Below are positions 9,717 to 18,390 of a stretch of DNA of 64,000 nt, one piece after another. The stretch's first letter is position 1; each line of letters opens with the position of its first letter. The stretch comes from Candidatus Doudnabacteria bacterium (lineage in GTDB: Bacteria > Patescibacteriota > Doudnabacteria > UBA920), in assembly GCA_003151625.1 (NCBI GenBank), contig PLYC01000007.1, positions 81,181-145,180 on the forward strand, written 5' to 3'. The notes below the pieces were generated by a model. That model was not told where the DNA came from, did no database searches, and saw only the letters and a program-made list of their open reading frames with translations. A program made the position numbers and the translations under genes.

Positions 9717-11954
9717 TTATTCGAAATGTACAACTTTACGTTTAATTTTCTCACTCAACAAAGGATATTTTTTCAAATTTTCATCGTCTTTAAGTAGGTT
9801 AATAGCCTCCTGCCTAGCAGGTTCAATTAGCGACGTATAAGATGGGTCAAAGTATTTAAAATTCCAGCCGGACTGGGTTTGGCCGTAAATTTCGCCAAAG
9901 CCCCGCTGTTTTAGGTCCAGTTCGGCCAGCTCAAAGCCGTCTTGGGTTTTGGTAAAAGCATTAAGGCGGGTGATAGTTTCGTTATTGGCATTATCTTTCA
10001 CCACCTCCCCCCGCTTCGCGGGGTACTCCTCCTTAGAAAAGGAGGAGAGGCTCCGCCTTTGTCCAGATGACGCGGATAACCGCGGAGCTTCCCCTCCTTC
10101 TTTAAGGAGGGGTGGACGCGAAGCGGACGGGGTGGTGTACCCTGAACCGGAATTTAATGATTGGTTCAGGGCTTTAGTCATAAACAAAAAGCAATAGCTT
10201 TGGTGCTCGGCGCGGCCAACCCGGCCGCGGAACTGGTGGAGTTGGGAAAGGCCAAAACGCTCCGCGCCTTCAATTAACATTACCGATGTATTGGGCACGT
10301 CCACGCCAACTTCCACTACAGATGTTGAAACTAAAATTTGGATTTTATTATCCAAAAAATCTTTCATCACACTTTCTTTTTCCGCACCTTTTAGTCTGCC
10401 GTGCATAAGACCAATGTTAAAATTGGGAAAGATTTTTTTTAAAAGGTCGACTTCGGCTTTTGCCGATTTAACGCCCAGTTTGTCCGACTCCTCAATTAAG
10501 GGAGTGATTACAAAGACCTGTCGGCCGGCGGTTATCTGCTTAGCTATAAACTCATAGGCTTTGGCGCGGTTCTCATTTGTTACCAATTTAGTAACTATTT
10601 GTTTGCGACCTAGAGGCTTGGTTTTAATTTGCGAAATATCCAGCTCGCCGTAAACAGCCAATTGCAGAGTGCGCGGAATTGGCGTGGCGGAAAGCGAAAG
10701 CAAATGAGGGACTTTTTTCGTATTTTCAAATAAAGCCGCCCGTTGGTCTACGCCAAAGCGGTGCTGTTCGTCTATAATTACCAAAGCGAGCTTTTTAAAT
10801 TTTATGTTTTTTTGCAACAATGCGTGTGTGCCAATATACAGTGCGGGCATGCCTTCGGCGAGAAGCTTGGTTAATTTGTCTTTTTTTTCCGGTTTGTTGT
10901 TGAGCAGGCAAAAATTTGCCGTAAGCAGAGCACACCTGGTATTAAAATTGGCTGGATTTTCACAAAACATTTTATGGGCGGTTTGGTAGTGCTGTTTAGC
11001 CAAAATTTCCGTGGGCGCCAAAAGTGCCACTTGAAAGCCTTCCGATACCGCCTGCAGGGCGGCTATTAGGGCGACCACGGTTTTGCCGCTTCCAACATCA
11101 CCTTCCAATAGCCGGTTCATAGGCATGGGTTTTTCTAAGTCCTGTAAAATATCCCAGGCGGCCTTTTTTTGTTCGACGGTCAGTTTAAAAGGCAGGCTAT
11201 CTACAAATTGTTTTATAAGTGACTGATTAAATTTAATCGGATAGCTTTGTTTTTTTGCCAACTCCAGTTTATGTTTTTGCGCTAACAGCTGGTTATAAAA
11301 TATTTCCTCAAACGCCAGGCGTTTTTTTGCCTCTGTGACATTCTGCTCGGTTTCCGGGAAATGAGACTGCTTAATAGTTTGCCTAATATCCATCAGCTTT
11401 TGATTTTTGATAATTTCCGCGGGTAACGATTCCGGCACTTCATCGGCAAGTCCAATAACAGAAGCGACCAAGTTGCGGAAAGTTTTTGGGTAAAGGCTTT
11501 GTTTAAGATGATAGAGCGGTACTAATCTGGACGTGTGGATAGGGAAGTCCGATGCCTTTTCGTAAATTGGGTTTGTCATTTGTAAACCAAAGTTGTAATA
11601 GTCCGCCTGTCCGGCTAAAAATATTTCCTCCCCGGCAATTAGATTTTTTGCCAAATACGGCTGATTAAACCAGACAACTTTAATAGAGCCGGTGTCGTCA
11701 CTGACAACGGCCTCGGCCAACATCAAATGGCTTTTAAAAGAAAACCGGCTGCTGATTTGTTTGATTTTTACTTTTAAACTGACGTTTTCGCCGGGCTTTA
11801 AATCGGCAATAACGCGGGTTTGTGAAAAATCCAGGTACCGGTATGGAAAATATAAAAGTAAGTTTTGGACGGAATCAAGTCCAAGTTTTTTTAAAGCCGC
11901 TAATTGCGGCTTTTGAAGTTTGGGAAGATTTTCGATGGGGGAATTGAGCTGCAT
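9717..11954 (-). CDS. recG: ATP-dependent DNA helicase RecG
   Basis: Wedge domain, Walker A GDVGSGKT, and DEQHRFG helicase motifs. It carries a ~50-aa low-complexity in-frame insertion encoded by a palindromic element. Confidence 0.9.
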   Translation of the reverse strand: MQLNSPIENLPKLQKPQLAALKKLGLDSVQNLLLYFPYRYLDFSQTRVIADLKPGENVSLKVKIKQISSRFSFKSHLMLAEAVVSDDTGSIKVVWFNQPYLAKNLIAGEEIFLAGQADYYNFGLQMTNPIYEKASDFPIHTSRLVPLYHLKQSLYPKTFRNLVASVIGLADEVPESLPAEIIKNQKLMDIRQTIKQSHFPETEQNVTEAKKRLAFEEIFYNQLLAQKHKLELAKKQSYPIKFNQSLIKQFVDSLPFKLTVEQKKAAWDILQDLEKPMPMNRLLEGDVGSGKTVVALIAALQAVSEGFQVALLAPTEILAKQHYQTAHKMFCENPANFNTRCALLTANFCLLNNKPEKKDKLTKLLAEGMPALYIGTHALLQKNIKFKKLALVIIDEQHRFGVDQRAALFENTKKVPHLLSLSATPIPRTLQLAVYGELDISQIKTKPLGRKQIVTKLVTNENRAKAYEFIAKQITAGRQVFVITPLIEESDKLGVKSAKAEVDLLKKIFPNFNIGLMHGRLKGAEKESVMKDFLDNKIQILVSTSVVEVGVDVPNTSVMLIEGAERFGLSQLHQFRGRVGRAEHQSYCFLFMTKALNQSLNSGSGYTTPSASRPPLLKEGGEAPRLSASSGQRRSLSSFSKEEYPAKRGEVVKDNANNETITRLNAFTKTQDGFELAELDLKQRGFGEIYGQTQSGWNFKYFDPSYTSLIEPARQEAINLLKDDENLKKYPLLSEKIKRKVVHFE
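9999..10137. repeat. Complex ~139-bp GC-rich palindromic element inserted in frame within recG
   Basis: Outer stem caccacctccccccgcttcgcg / cgcgaagcggacggggtggtg, with internal hairpins (ctcctcctt-agaaa-aggaggag; cccctcctt-cttt-aaggagggg; ccgcgg x2). Confidence 0.75.
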
Positions 11955-12014
11955 ATGCTCATAATTTTTTCTTAATAATGTATGACACTCGCCGGAATTT
12001 CACCCCGCCACCTT

Positions 12015-12091
12015 TGGTGTTCTCAGCGGGAGTCGGACCCACAACCTCAGCCTTCGGAGGGCTGCGCTCTATCCAGTTGAGCTATGAGAAC
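12015..12091 (-). tRNA. tRNA-Arg (anticodon CCG)
   Basis: Folds manually into a cloverleaf: acceptor GTTCTCA/TGAGAAC, D-arm GCTC-AACTGGATA-GAGC, anticodon stem CAGCC/GGCTG with loop CTCCGAA, T-arm GTGGG-TCCGACT-CCCGC, and an encoded CCA. Confidence 0.8.
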
Positions 12092-12162
12092 CGGCAAAGG
12101 TGGCGGGGCGAACCAGCGGCCTTTCCCTGATAATGGGGGGGACGCTCTAATCCACTGAGCTA

Positions 12163-12636
12163 TTAAAACTTCAAATGATGCATAACCTGTTGCACGGCTG
12201 TTGCTTCGGATTCGCTGTGCTCGGGCAAGTATTGTAATAAAAACTCCCTGGCTTCTTCGGGATCCTGATTTTCCAGTTCTAAAATTAAAACGCTGTTAAG
12301 CAGTGCCGAGGTGTGAAAATTAATTGTTTGGTGTCGTTCGTTATGTACAACCCAAAAATATTTGAGTTGTTTGTAAGGATAGGTAATATTGCCAAACCTG
12401 ACTCCCTTGCTGTTTAAATCTATTTCCACTCGTTCCGGCTTTTGGCGGGAGAAAAAAATTATCAACAGTGCCAAAATTCCCAAAGATACGGCGGCAAAAA
12501 TGTCGCTTTGAATAATAATAAAGAAAGCCATTACCATTATTGTTACGGCAATTAGTACTACGTACCAGCCCAAGTTTTTGGGATAATGCTTGAATTCCCA
12601 GGCTTCCCAGGAAAGATTTTGGTTTTCGTTAGACAT
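12163..12636 (-). CDS. Membrane protein with bacterial PH-like (YdbS/YdbT-type) domain; hypothetical
   Basis: 157 aa with two N-terminal TM helices followed by a soluble domain. Confidence 0.4.
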   Translation of the reverse strand: MSNENQNLSWEAWEFKHYPKNLGWYVVLIAVTIMVMAFFIIIQSDIFAAVSLGILALLIIFFSRQKPERVEIDLNSKGVRFGNITYPYKQLKYFWVVHNERHQTINFHTSALLNSVLILELENQDPEEAREFLLQYLPEHSESEATAVQQVMHHLKF

Positions 12637-12733
12637 ATTGTGTTTTTTTGATTAAAATATAAGGAAAGGGTTCCAAAAATCAGGAGCGTAGCGCTGTCTA
12701 ATATCTTACAACTAAAATCTAACATCTATTTTT

Positions 12734-12822
<89 letters not shown>

Positions 12823-12870
12823 GTAAGATTTTATGATGATATTATACCATTATTCCTTTAAAAAAACAAA

Positions 12871-12903
12871 AACAGCCCATTCTCTAGAAAAGGGCTGTTT
12901 TTA
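12871..12903. terminator. Bidirectional intrinsic terminator
   Basis: aaaaaacagccc-attctctagaaaa-gggctgttttt. Confidence 0.7.
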
Positions 12904-13024
12904 ATACACCCATAAATAGCCGATTTGGCTAACAGGGTTTGTTTGTTTTAAAGCTTCCAAAACTGTCGTCCTGAATTTGGGGAAGGAAAATATTCCTTCC
13001 GCCTATTCAGAAAAACAATAGAGC

Positions 13025-14278
13025 CTACTTTACAAATTGTGGACTCGGGGGTTCAATTATAAACGAGCCGGTTACAGTGCTTGTGTCGTTAGCCGCTGTC
13101 GCGTCCGAATTGTTGTGGTAATATTGGGTGCTGCTAGAATTTTGTGAAGAAGGTTTTTTTAAATTTGCACCCGCTAGAGTGGAAGTCGCGGTTGTTGAGG
13201 TTGAACTGCTGGGCGTTTGGGTTGAGACGGCTTTAACCTCTGGCTGGTCGGTGGTGGTCGCTGTTTCAGATTGGTCACTAGAGGTAGCGGTTACAAAAAT
13301 TTGTTGGGCAATAAGTGTATCGTTGCTTTTTTCTCCAACCACGCTAACCTTGTCTCCACCCTGCAAATCGGATGGTAAAAGATTACCGCCGGAGTTATCT
13401 TGAATTGTGGTTTGTGATGTTATGTTAAAAGTAATTTGTTCCACTGTAACGCTACTGCTCGTGGCCTCGCTAATTAAACCAAAAGCCGCCACGGAATTGG
13501 GATCGGAACTTAATTTGGCCAGAGCTTCCTGGTCGTTACTGGCAACGGCTATGGTTTGCTTAATTGCCGAAAGTTTGGCTGTGTCGTTGCCTAAGGCTAA
13601 AAGGGCGCTGTTGGCTGCAGTTTTAATTTGGCTGTCCGGTTTTATCGCGCTTAAAAGGTTTTTTTGCCCCTGAGTGATGCTATCCAAAGAATTTAACAAC
13701 GGATGGCTGTCAGCCGATTTGGGATTTGCCGCCGCTACGGTATTAACTTCCGCCACGGCACTGGTGGTTTGGGCGGAAAGTTCGTTTAAGGCGGCAGTTT
13801 TTTGTTCCGTATTACTGGTAGGGTCGTTAAAAATTTGTTGCGCCGCGCTTAAGCGGTTTTGCGCGATTTGAATTTGCAAGCTGGCTTTTTGGTTTTGGTT
13901 GGAGGCCAAAATTAGTTGGAGATTTTCTTCCTGTTTTTTTAAGGGAAACAAAATTTTGCCGGGAAGACTGTTGGAAGCTTGATACGCGGTAACCGAGAAG
14001 GCGCTTATGAGCAGCATTACCGCCACGCTGACACTTGCAAATTTAGACATATGCAGCCAAGCCAGCCACAACCTTTTAGAAGGTGCCACGGCATATTTAC
14101 GGCGCATTAGCGGCGTAGGAACAATATTTTTTGGCATGGACAGAAGCTTAGAGCTAATATCCAAAAGGGGAGCGAGCTCATTTCTGTATTGGGCAAATTT
14201 AACCAGGACTTCCTCTTTGGGGGAGCCTTTTTTTATCATTTCCAGTGCCTGGTTGTAAATTTCGTCAATGTTAGTCAT
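13025..14278 (-). CDS. Putative anti-sigma factor (single-pass membrane protein, extracytoplasmic S/T/Q-rich domain)
   Basis: Overlaps the upstream ECF sigma gene by 8 bp. It has a short cytoplasmic N-terminus, one TM helix (FASVSVAVMLLISAFSVTAY) and a long extracytoplasmic region. Confidence 0.5.
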   Translation of the reverse strand: MTNIDEIYNQALEMIKKGSPKEEVLVKFAQYRNELAPLLDISSKLLSMPKNIVPTPLMRRKYAVAPSKRLWLAWLHMSKFASVSVAVMLLISAFSVTAYQASNSLPGKILFPLKKQEENLQLILASNQNQKASLQIQIAQNRLSAAQQIFNDPTSNTEQKTAALNELSAQTTSAVAEVNTVAAANPKSADSHPLLNSLDSITQGQKNLLSAIKPDSQIKTAANSALLALGNDTAKLSAIKQTIAVASNDQEALAKLSSDPNSVAAFGLISEATSSSVTVEQITFNITSQTTIQDNSGGNLLPSDLQGGDKVSVVGEKSNDTLIAQQIFVTATSSDQSETATTTDQPEVKAVSTQTPSSSTSTTATSTLAGANLKKPSSQNSSSTQYYHNNSDATAANDTSTVTGSFIIEPPSPQFVK

Positions 14279-14864
14279 TATTCTCGCTATTTTTTTTAAT
14301 AAGCTCCTGAAGTTTAATTATCGCACGATGTTGGATAACTCTTATCGCGCCCTCGTTTTTATGCAAAAGTTCGGCAATTTCATTGTTTTCCAGATCCTCC
14401 AAAAATTTTAATTTTATAACAACCTGTTGTTCCGCGCCAAGTTCTTTAAGTAATTTTAAAAAGACTTTTTGCTGATCCTGTAAATTTACAATGTCAATAA
14501 CATTGGTTTCGTATTCCAGGGTATTTTCGATTTCTTCCAGCGCGACTATGGATTTTTTTTGCCTGTAGTAATCTATAACCAAATTTCGCGCTATTTGGTA
14601 AAGCCATCCTTCAAAGGCACCACTTTCGTTAATTGAGGCAATTTTAGAAAAAGCTTTTAAAAATACATCTTCTGCCAAGTCTTCGGCAACTTCTTTGTGG
14701 CCGACACGGAAGAAAATAAAGCGGTATATCTTTTTAAAAAAAAGATTGTAAATTTCGCCAAATGCCGCTTCCTCGCCCTTTTTTGCCCTTGCAAAAAGCA
14801 GCGCAGTACTATCGGAATGGCTGAAATCTTGGGAGGTAATACTAAAGACGGAATTGATGTTCAT
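14271..14864 (-). CDS. ECF-type RNA polymerase sigma-70 family sigma factor
   Basis: Region 2 (YRFIFFRVGHKEVAEDLAEDVFLKAF) and region 4 HTH (NEIAELLHKNEGAIRVIQHRAIIKL). Confidence 0.8.
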   Translation of the reverse strand: MNINSVFSITSQDFSHSDSTALLFARAKKGEEAAFGEIYNLFFKKIYRFIFFRVGHKEVAEDLAEDVFLKAFSKIASINESGAFEGWLYQIARNLVIDYYRQKKSIVALEEIENTLEYETNVIDIVNLQDQQKVFLKLLKELGAEQQVVIKLKFLEDLENNEIAELLHKNEGAIRVIQHRAIIKLQELIKKNSENND

Positions 14865-15037
14865 TTGTTACAGGTGCTGAATATTAGGCAATAAATAGGG
14901 GATTCTGGCAATAAAGCTTAAATTTTATACCCCTTTGTCCTATTTTACCATATATTACGGTTTTTTGGCTCCTTTAGGCGCAAACGTTGAAAACAATGGG
15001 CACCATCGTGCAGCACAATGTTGCCCATTGTTTAGCG

Positions 15038-16102
15038 CTAAAGCATCGTAATCGGTCTGGACTGGGTAATATAGAATTTCCCGTTTTCAAAAGCCCACTC
15101 AATGTCCTGCGGTTTGCCGTAATGTGTTTCTATATTTTTGCAAATTTTGGCAATTTCCACTATTTGCTTGCCGGTAAGTTTTTGTTTGCCTCCGGTTGCC
15201 TTGTCTAATTTCTTATTTCTATTTCCTGTTTTCTCTCTTACTATGGCAAAAGTTTGCTCGGAAACATTTATGTCCAAAATGGAAAAATTGTTTTTGTGAA
15301 CAATATAAGTGTCCGGAGTAATCATGCCGCCGACAATAGCTTCTCCCAAACCAAAACCGGCTTCCACCACCATTTGGTTCTTGTCTTTGGTTACCGGGTG
15401 CACGGTAAAACTAATTCCGGAAACCTCGCTTTGCACCATCTTTTGCACCACAACCGCCACGGAAATCCTTGTGTTTATTCCCCTCCCTTGCTTGTCCGCC
15501 GTAGCTTTAGCGAAGGAGGGACGGGAGGGGTGGGGGGAGGGTGATTTTTTTGTTTTGTAAAACCCTTTCTCAAAAGCATAAAAAATTGCCCTGGGCGTAA
15601 ATAGCGAAGACCAGCATTTTTTTACACTGGCAATAACATTTTTTTCCGTTACATTCAAATAAGTTTCCAGCTCCCCGGCCCAGGAAGCAACCGATGAGTC
15701 CTCGGCCGTGGCGCTAGATCTAACGGCTACAAACTGGTTTATTCCCCTCCTGCCCGAGGAGGGGTTAGGGGAGGTGGGAGATTTTTTAAACAGCTGATGA
15801 TACGCCTCCATAATCTCTTTCTGCAAATCCTCCGGAATAACCTCATCCAAAATCATCCTGCGGATTTCCGCCGAAGCCTTGTCCACAGAATTAACATCCT
15901 TATGGTTGACTTTTTTCAGCAACGCCTCTATATCCGCCTCAATCTCCGTCTCCTCCAAAAATCTGTCAAAAGCACCCGCAACCACTACAAACCCTTGCGG
16001 CACCGGCAATCCCGCCTTAGTCATTTCCCCGAGCGAGGCTCCCTTGCCCCCAGCAATGTCGACATCTTTTTTTGAAATTTGCCCAAAAGTTTTTATGTGC
16101 AT
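15038..16102 (-). CDS. Stand-alone PPDK_N / PEP-synthase-type ATP-grasp (nucleotide-binding) domain protein, with two in-frame REP insertions
   Basis: GGKGASLGEM motif, VAVRSSATAED, VAVVVQKMV and DIEWAFENGKFYITQSRPIT, which are hallmarks of the PEP synthase / PPDK / rifampin-phosphotransferase ATP-binding domain. Extra segments SPTSPNPSSGRRGIN and KKSPSPHPSRPSFAKATADKQGRGINTR coincide with REP DNA. Confidence 0.8.
   Translation of the reverse strand: MHIKTFGQISKKDVDIAGGKGASLGEMTKAGLPVPQGFVVVAGAFDRFLEETEIEADIEALLKKVNHKDVNSVDKASAEIRRMILDEVIPEDLQKEIMEAYHQLFKKSPTSPNPSSGRRGINQFVAVRSSATAEDSSVASWAGELETYLNVTEKNVIASVKKCWSSLFTPRAIFYAFEKGFYKTKKSPSPHPSRPSFAKATADKQGRGINTRISVAVVVQKMVQSEVSGISFTVHPVTKDKNQMVVEAGFGLGEAIVGGMITPDTYIVHKNNFSILDINVSEQTFAIVREKTGNRNKKLDKATGGKQKLTGKQIVEIAKICKNIETHYGKPQDIEWAFENGKFYITQSRPITML
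15476..15544. repeat. REP family 1 variant (composite with the cgctaaagctacgg hairpin) inserted in frame in the PPDK_N gene
   Basis: ttattcccctcccttg...ccgccgtagctttagcgaaggaggg...acgggaggggtggggggagggtga. Confidence 0.75.
15738..15779. repeat. REP family 1 variant inserted in frame in the PPDK_N gene
   Basis: tttattcccctcc-tgcccga-ggaggggttaggggaggtggga. Confidence 0.7.
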
Positions 16103-16125
16103 AAAATTTTACTAAGCCGCCAAAT

Positions 16126-16548
16126 TCAGTTTTTCGTTAACGTGTAGGACAGGGTTATTGGGTGAATAATGGCGATATTGCGGAAATATTTAAGCTTTAG
16201 AAGATCTTTGTCCATGGTTACAATTAAATCCGCCCCTGAGGCCACGGCACATTCCAGAATTTTGTTGTCTTTGGAATTATTCTTTAAAAAAGTAATTTTT
16301 TCCTCGGGAAACATTAAATTAGGAACTTTTTTTACGAATTCCATAATTTGATTTTTTGTCAGTATGTTGACGATTTTTTCTTCCACAAGCCGTTTTGCGT
16401 TTTTTTCAACTTCTTCTATTATAGCTTCCGAAATAAACAGCGGGTACTCAAATGGCCTGCCCGATATTTTTAAAACCAAATCATAGCAAAAACTCCGCAT
16501 GCCTATGGCCGCAAGGTAGATGTTCGCGTCAAAAACTATCTTAAGCAT
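16126..16548 (-). CDS. PIN-domain toxin (VapC-like)
   Basis: 140 aa. N-terminal MLKIVFDANIY... with conserved acidic residues. Immediately downstream of a small RHH gene. Confidence 0.65.
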   Translation of the reverse strand: MLKIVFDANIYLAAIGMRSFCYDLVLKISGRPFEYPLFISEAIIEEVEKNAKRLVEEKIVNILTKNQIMEFVKKVPNLMFPEEKITFLKNNSKDNKILECAVASGADLIVTMDKDLLKLKYFRNIAIIHPITLSYTLTKN

Positions 16549-16554
16549 ATTGTT

Positions 16555-16794
16555 TTAGCCGAAGAATTTTTGGATATCTTCGTCGGTCTTTATCCCCAGC
16601 TTTTGGAATGCCGGACGCAGTACTGTCTGGATTTCATCAAGCTTTTGCTCAATAAGGTAGCTCCTTAAAGCCTGCTTAACAAGCTGGCTAAAGGTTGTGT
16701 CCTGTTTTATCGCCAATTTTTCAACATCGCTTTTCATATCATTGGGCAGGGAAATGCTGACATTGCTTGTTTGTTTTCTGTTGATAGCCTTCAT
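16555..16794 (-). CDS. Ribbon-helix-helix (CopG/VapB-like) antitoxin
   Basis: 79 aa. The beta-strand SISLPNDM followed by two helices fits an RHH fold. Lies 6 nt upstream of the PIN gene. Confidence 0.55.
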   Translation of the reverse strand: MKAINRKQTSNVSISLPNDMKSDVEKLAIKQDTTFSQLVKQALRSYLIEQKLDEIQTVLRPAFQKLGIKTDEDIQKFFG

Positions 16795-16858
16795 AAAAAT
16801 ATTTTAATAATTATTACACTGTAATAATATCAATATTAGAAATTGTTGTCAACCTACT

Positions 16859-16914
16859 GGTTAACAACTTTAGTATGCCTGAAAGATAGAAAGTTGTTAA
16901 CTAAGTTGTTAACT
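16859..16914. promoter_or_regulatory. Inverted/direct repeats gttaacaacttt / aaagttgttaac / aagttgttaac upstream of the RHH antitoxin gene (candidate operator)
   Basis: Perfect 12-bp inverted repeats plus a third direct half-site. Sits at the standard position for TA autoregulation. Confidence 0.45.
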
Positions 16915-18390
16915 TATTATTTTCCTAACAATTCCTTTATTTGCATCCACTTCCACCAATTCGCCGTCTTTAAAATTTTTCATAGCGTTGTTTAAGGCGA
17001 CAATGCAGGGAATGCCAAATTCTCGGGAAACAACTGCCGCGTGGCATGTTAGGCCGCCGACTTCGGTAATTATGGCCGCCGCGCGTTTCATTGCCGGAAG
17101 ATAATCGGTCGTCGTTGCGTAAGTAACTAATATATCGCCCTGTTTAACTTTGCCGTTGTCTTTGGGGTAGGGGACAATACGGATTTTTCCCGTGGCTTTT
17201 CCGGGACTGGCGCAAACCCCTTTATTTTCATCCCCACCCTGAACTGGCTTTACATAACTTTCTATGTACTTAAAAAGTTTTTCGGTTTCTTTGGCTGTAA
17301 ATTCAATCCGTTTTTGGATTTTTCTGTCAAAGCCCCAACCCGCGTATTTGCCCTTTTCTTGAAGCAGTTTAACGGTATCTATTTTTCCCAGTAAGGCTTC
17401 AATTAGTTCCTGTTCAGTTAAAGTCCGTAATTGATTAACAGACAAAAAAAGCCTTTTTGCTATTTCATCGTATAAAGGCAGTAAATAAAAACTCCCAAAG
17501 CTGACAAAATATTCCGCTTCGTTCCTGGTGTCAATGGCTAACCCAAAATCTGTAAATATTTGCAAGTCTTTGGGTTTAAATTTGTACTTATTAATTAAAT
17601 GTTTGATTTCTCGAGCCCTTATTTTAGTATAGTTTTTTATCTGCCCGTATTCTTTATTCAATAGATTCAAGGGCTTACTTAAGTTTACTTTTAGTTCTTG
17701 CTGGTAGTGTTTGGCTTGCCAAGGTTCGCCAAAAGTGAATACCGGTAACCAGCCAAATTTTTTAGCCAATTTTTTTGAAGCTTTATCTAAAGTTGTTGCA
17801 CCATTTTTTATACATAGTATTTCTTCGGTAACCGCCATTTTTTCTTTTAAGGTGGTTGACACTTCTTGTGGTTTGGTAAGTTTAAACAAAACTTGGTTAT
17901 AATCTTCGGAGCCTCTCCGTAGCCCGTATTTATTAACTAAAACTTTTTCCATTAAAGGTGGCCAGTATTCATCCCCAAGCCACGCGAACTGGTCATAAAC
18001 AGCCAGATGTTGAATACGATCGCGAATAAGGCGGAAGTGTTTAATTAGTTGCCAGTTAGTTAGTTTAGAAAAATCAATTTTTTTTGAAACATCTTTTTTT
18101 GATTTGGGAACCAAATTGTAGAAAGTTTTAAGCTTCTTTTCCATGCCTTTAAAATTTTTTGAAGATATCTTTCCAATCCGATTATGCAAGATCTCCAAAT
18201 AGCTTTTGGGCGTGTACATATGCTGGTAACCGTCAGCCAAAGTATGTATGGCTAAGTTGCCTTTGGGAATGCCAAAAAGCTTTTTAAAGTAATGATTCGT
18301 GTTCTCCCCGTGCCACGTTTCACTGTCCAGAGGCAACAAAGCCCATTGGCCCATTTTTACGACCTTGGTTTTAAAGTAGTGGTGTTTCAT
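16909..18390 (-). CDS. RPH/PEP-synthase-family protein: unknown ~390-aa N-terminal domain fused to a C-terminal PEP-utilizing-enzyme mobile (phosphohistidine swivel) domain
   Basis: C-terminus [26 protein letters not shown]...[10 protein letters not shown] is the PEP-utilizers His domain. No ATP-grasp or TIM-barrel domain is present. Paralogous to the adjacent gene. Confidence 0.7.
   Translation of the reverse strand: MKHHYFKTKVVKMGQWALLPLDSETWHGENTNHYFKKLFGIPKGNLAIHTLADGYQHMYTPKSYLEILHNRIGKISSKNFKGMEKKLKTFYNLVPKSKKDVSKKIDFSKLTNWQLIKHFRLIRDRIQHLAVYDQFAWLGDEYWPPLMEKVLVNKYGLRRGSEDYNQVLFKLTKPQEVSTTLKEKMAVTEEILCIKNGATTLDKASKKLAKKFGWLPVFTFGEPWQAKHYQQELKVNLSKPLNLLNKEYGQIKNYTKIRAREIKHLINKYKFKPKDLQIFTDFGLAIDTRNEAEYFVSFGSFYLLPLYDEIAKRLFLSVNQLRTLTEQELIEALLGKIDTVKLLQEKGKYAGWGFDRKIQKRIEFTAKETEKLFKYIESYVKPVQGGDENKGVCASPGKATGKIRIVPYPKDNGKVKQGDILVTYATTTDYLPAMKRAAAIITEVGGLTCHAAVVSREFGIPCIVALNNAMKNFKDGELVEVDANKGIVRKIIS

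Noticed and set aside
12113-12166. Second tRNA next to tRNA-Arg
   Set aside because: A perfect D-arm block (TAGCTCAGTGGATTAGAGCG) is present, but I could not build an anticodon stem, T-arm or acceptor stem by hand. It is reported only as a tRNA-like remnant in the findings.
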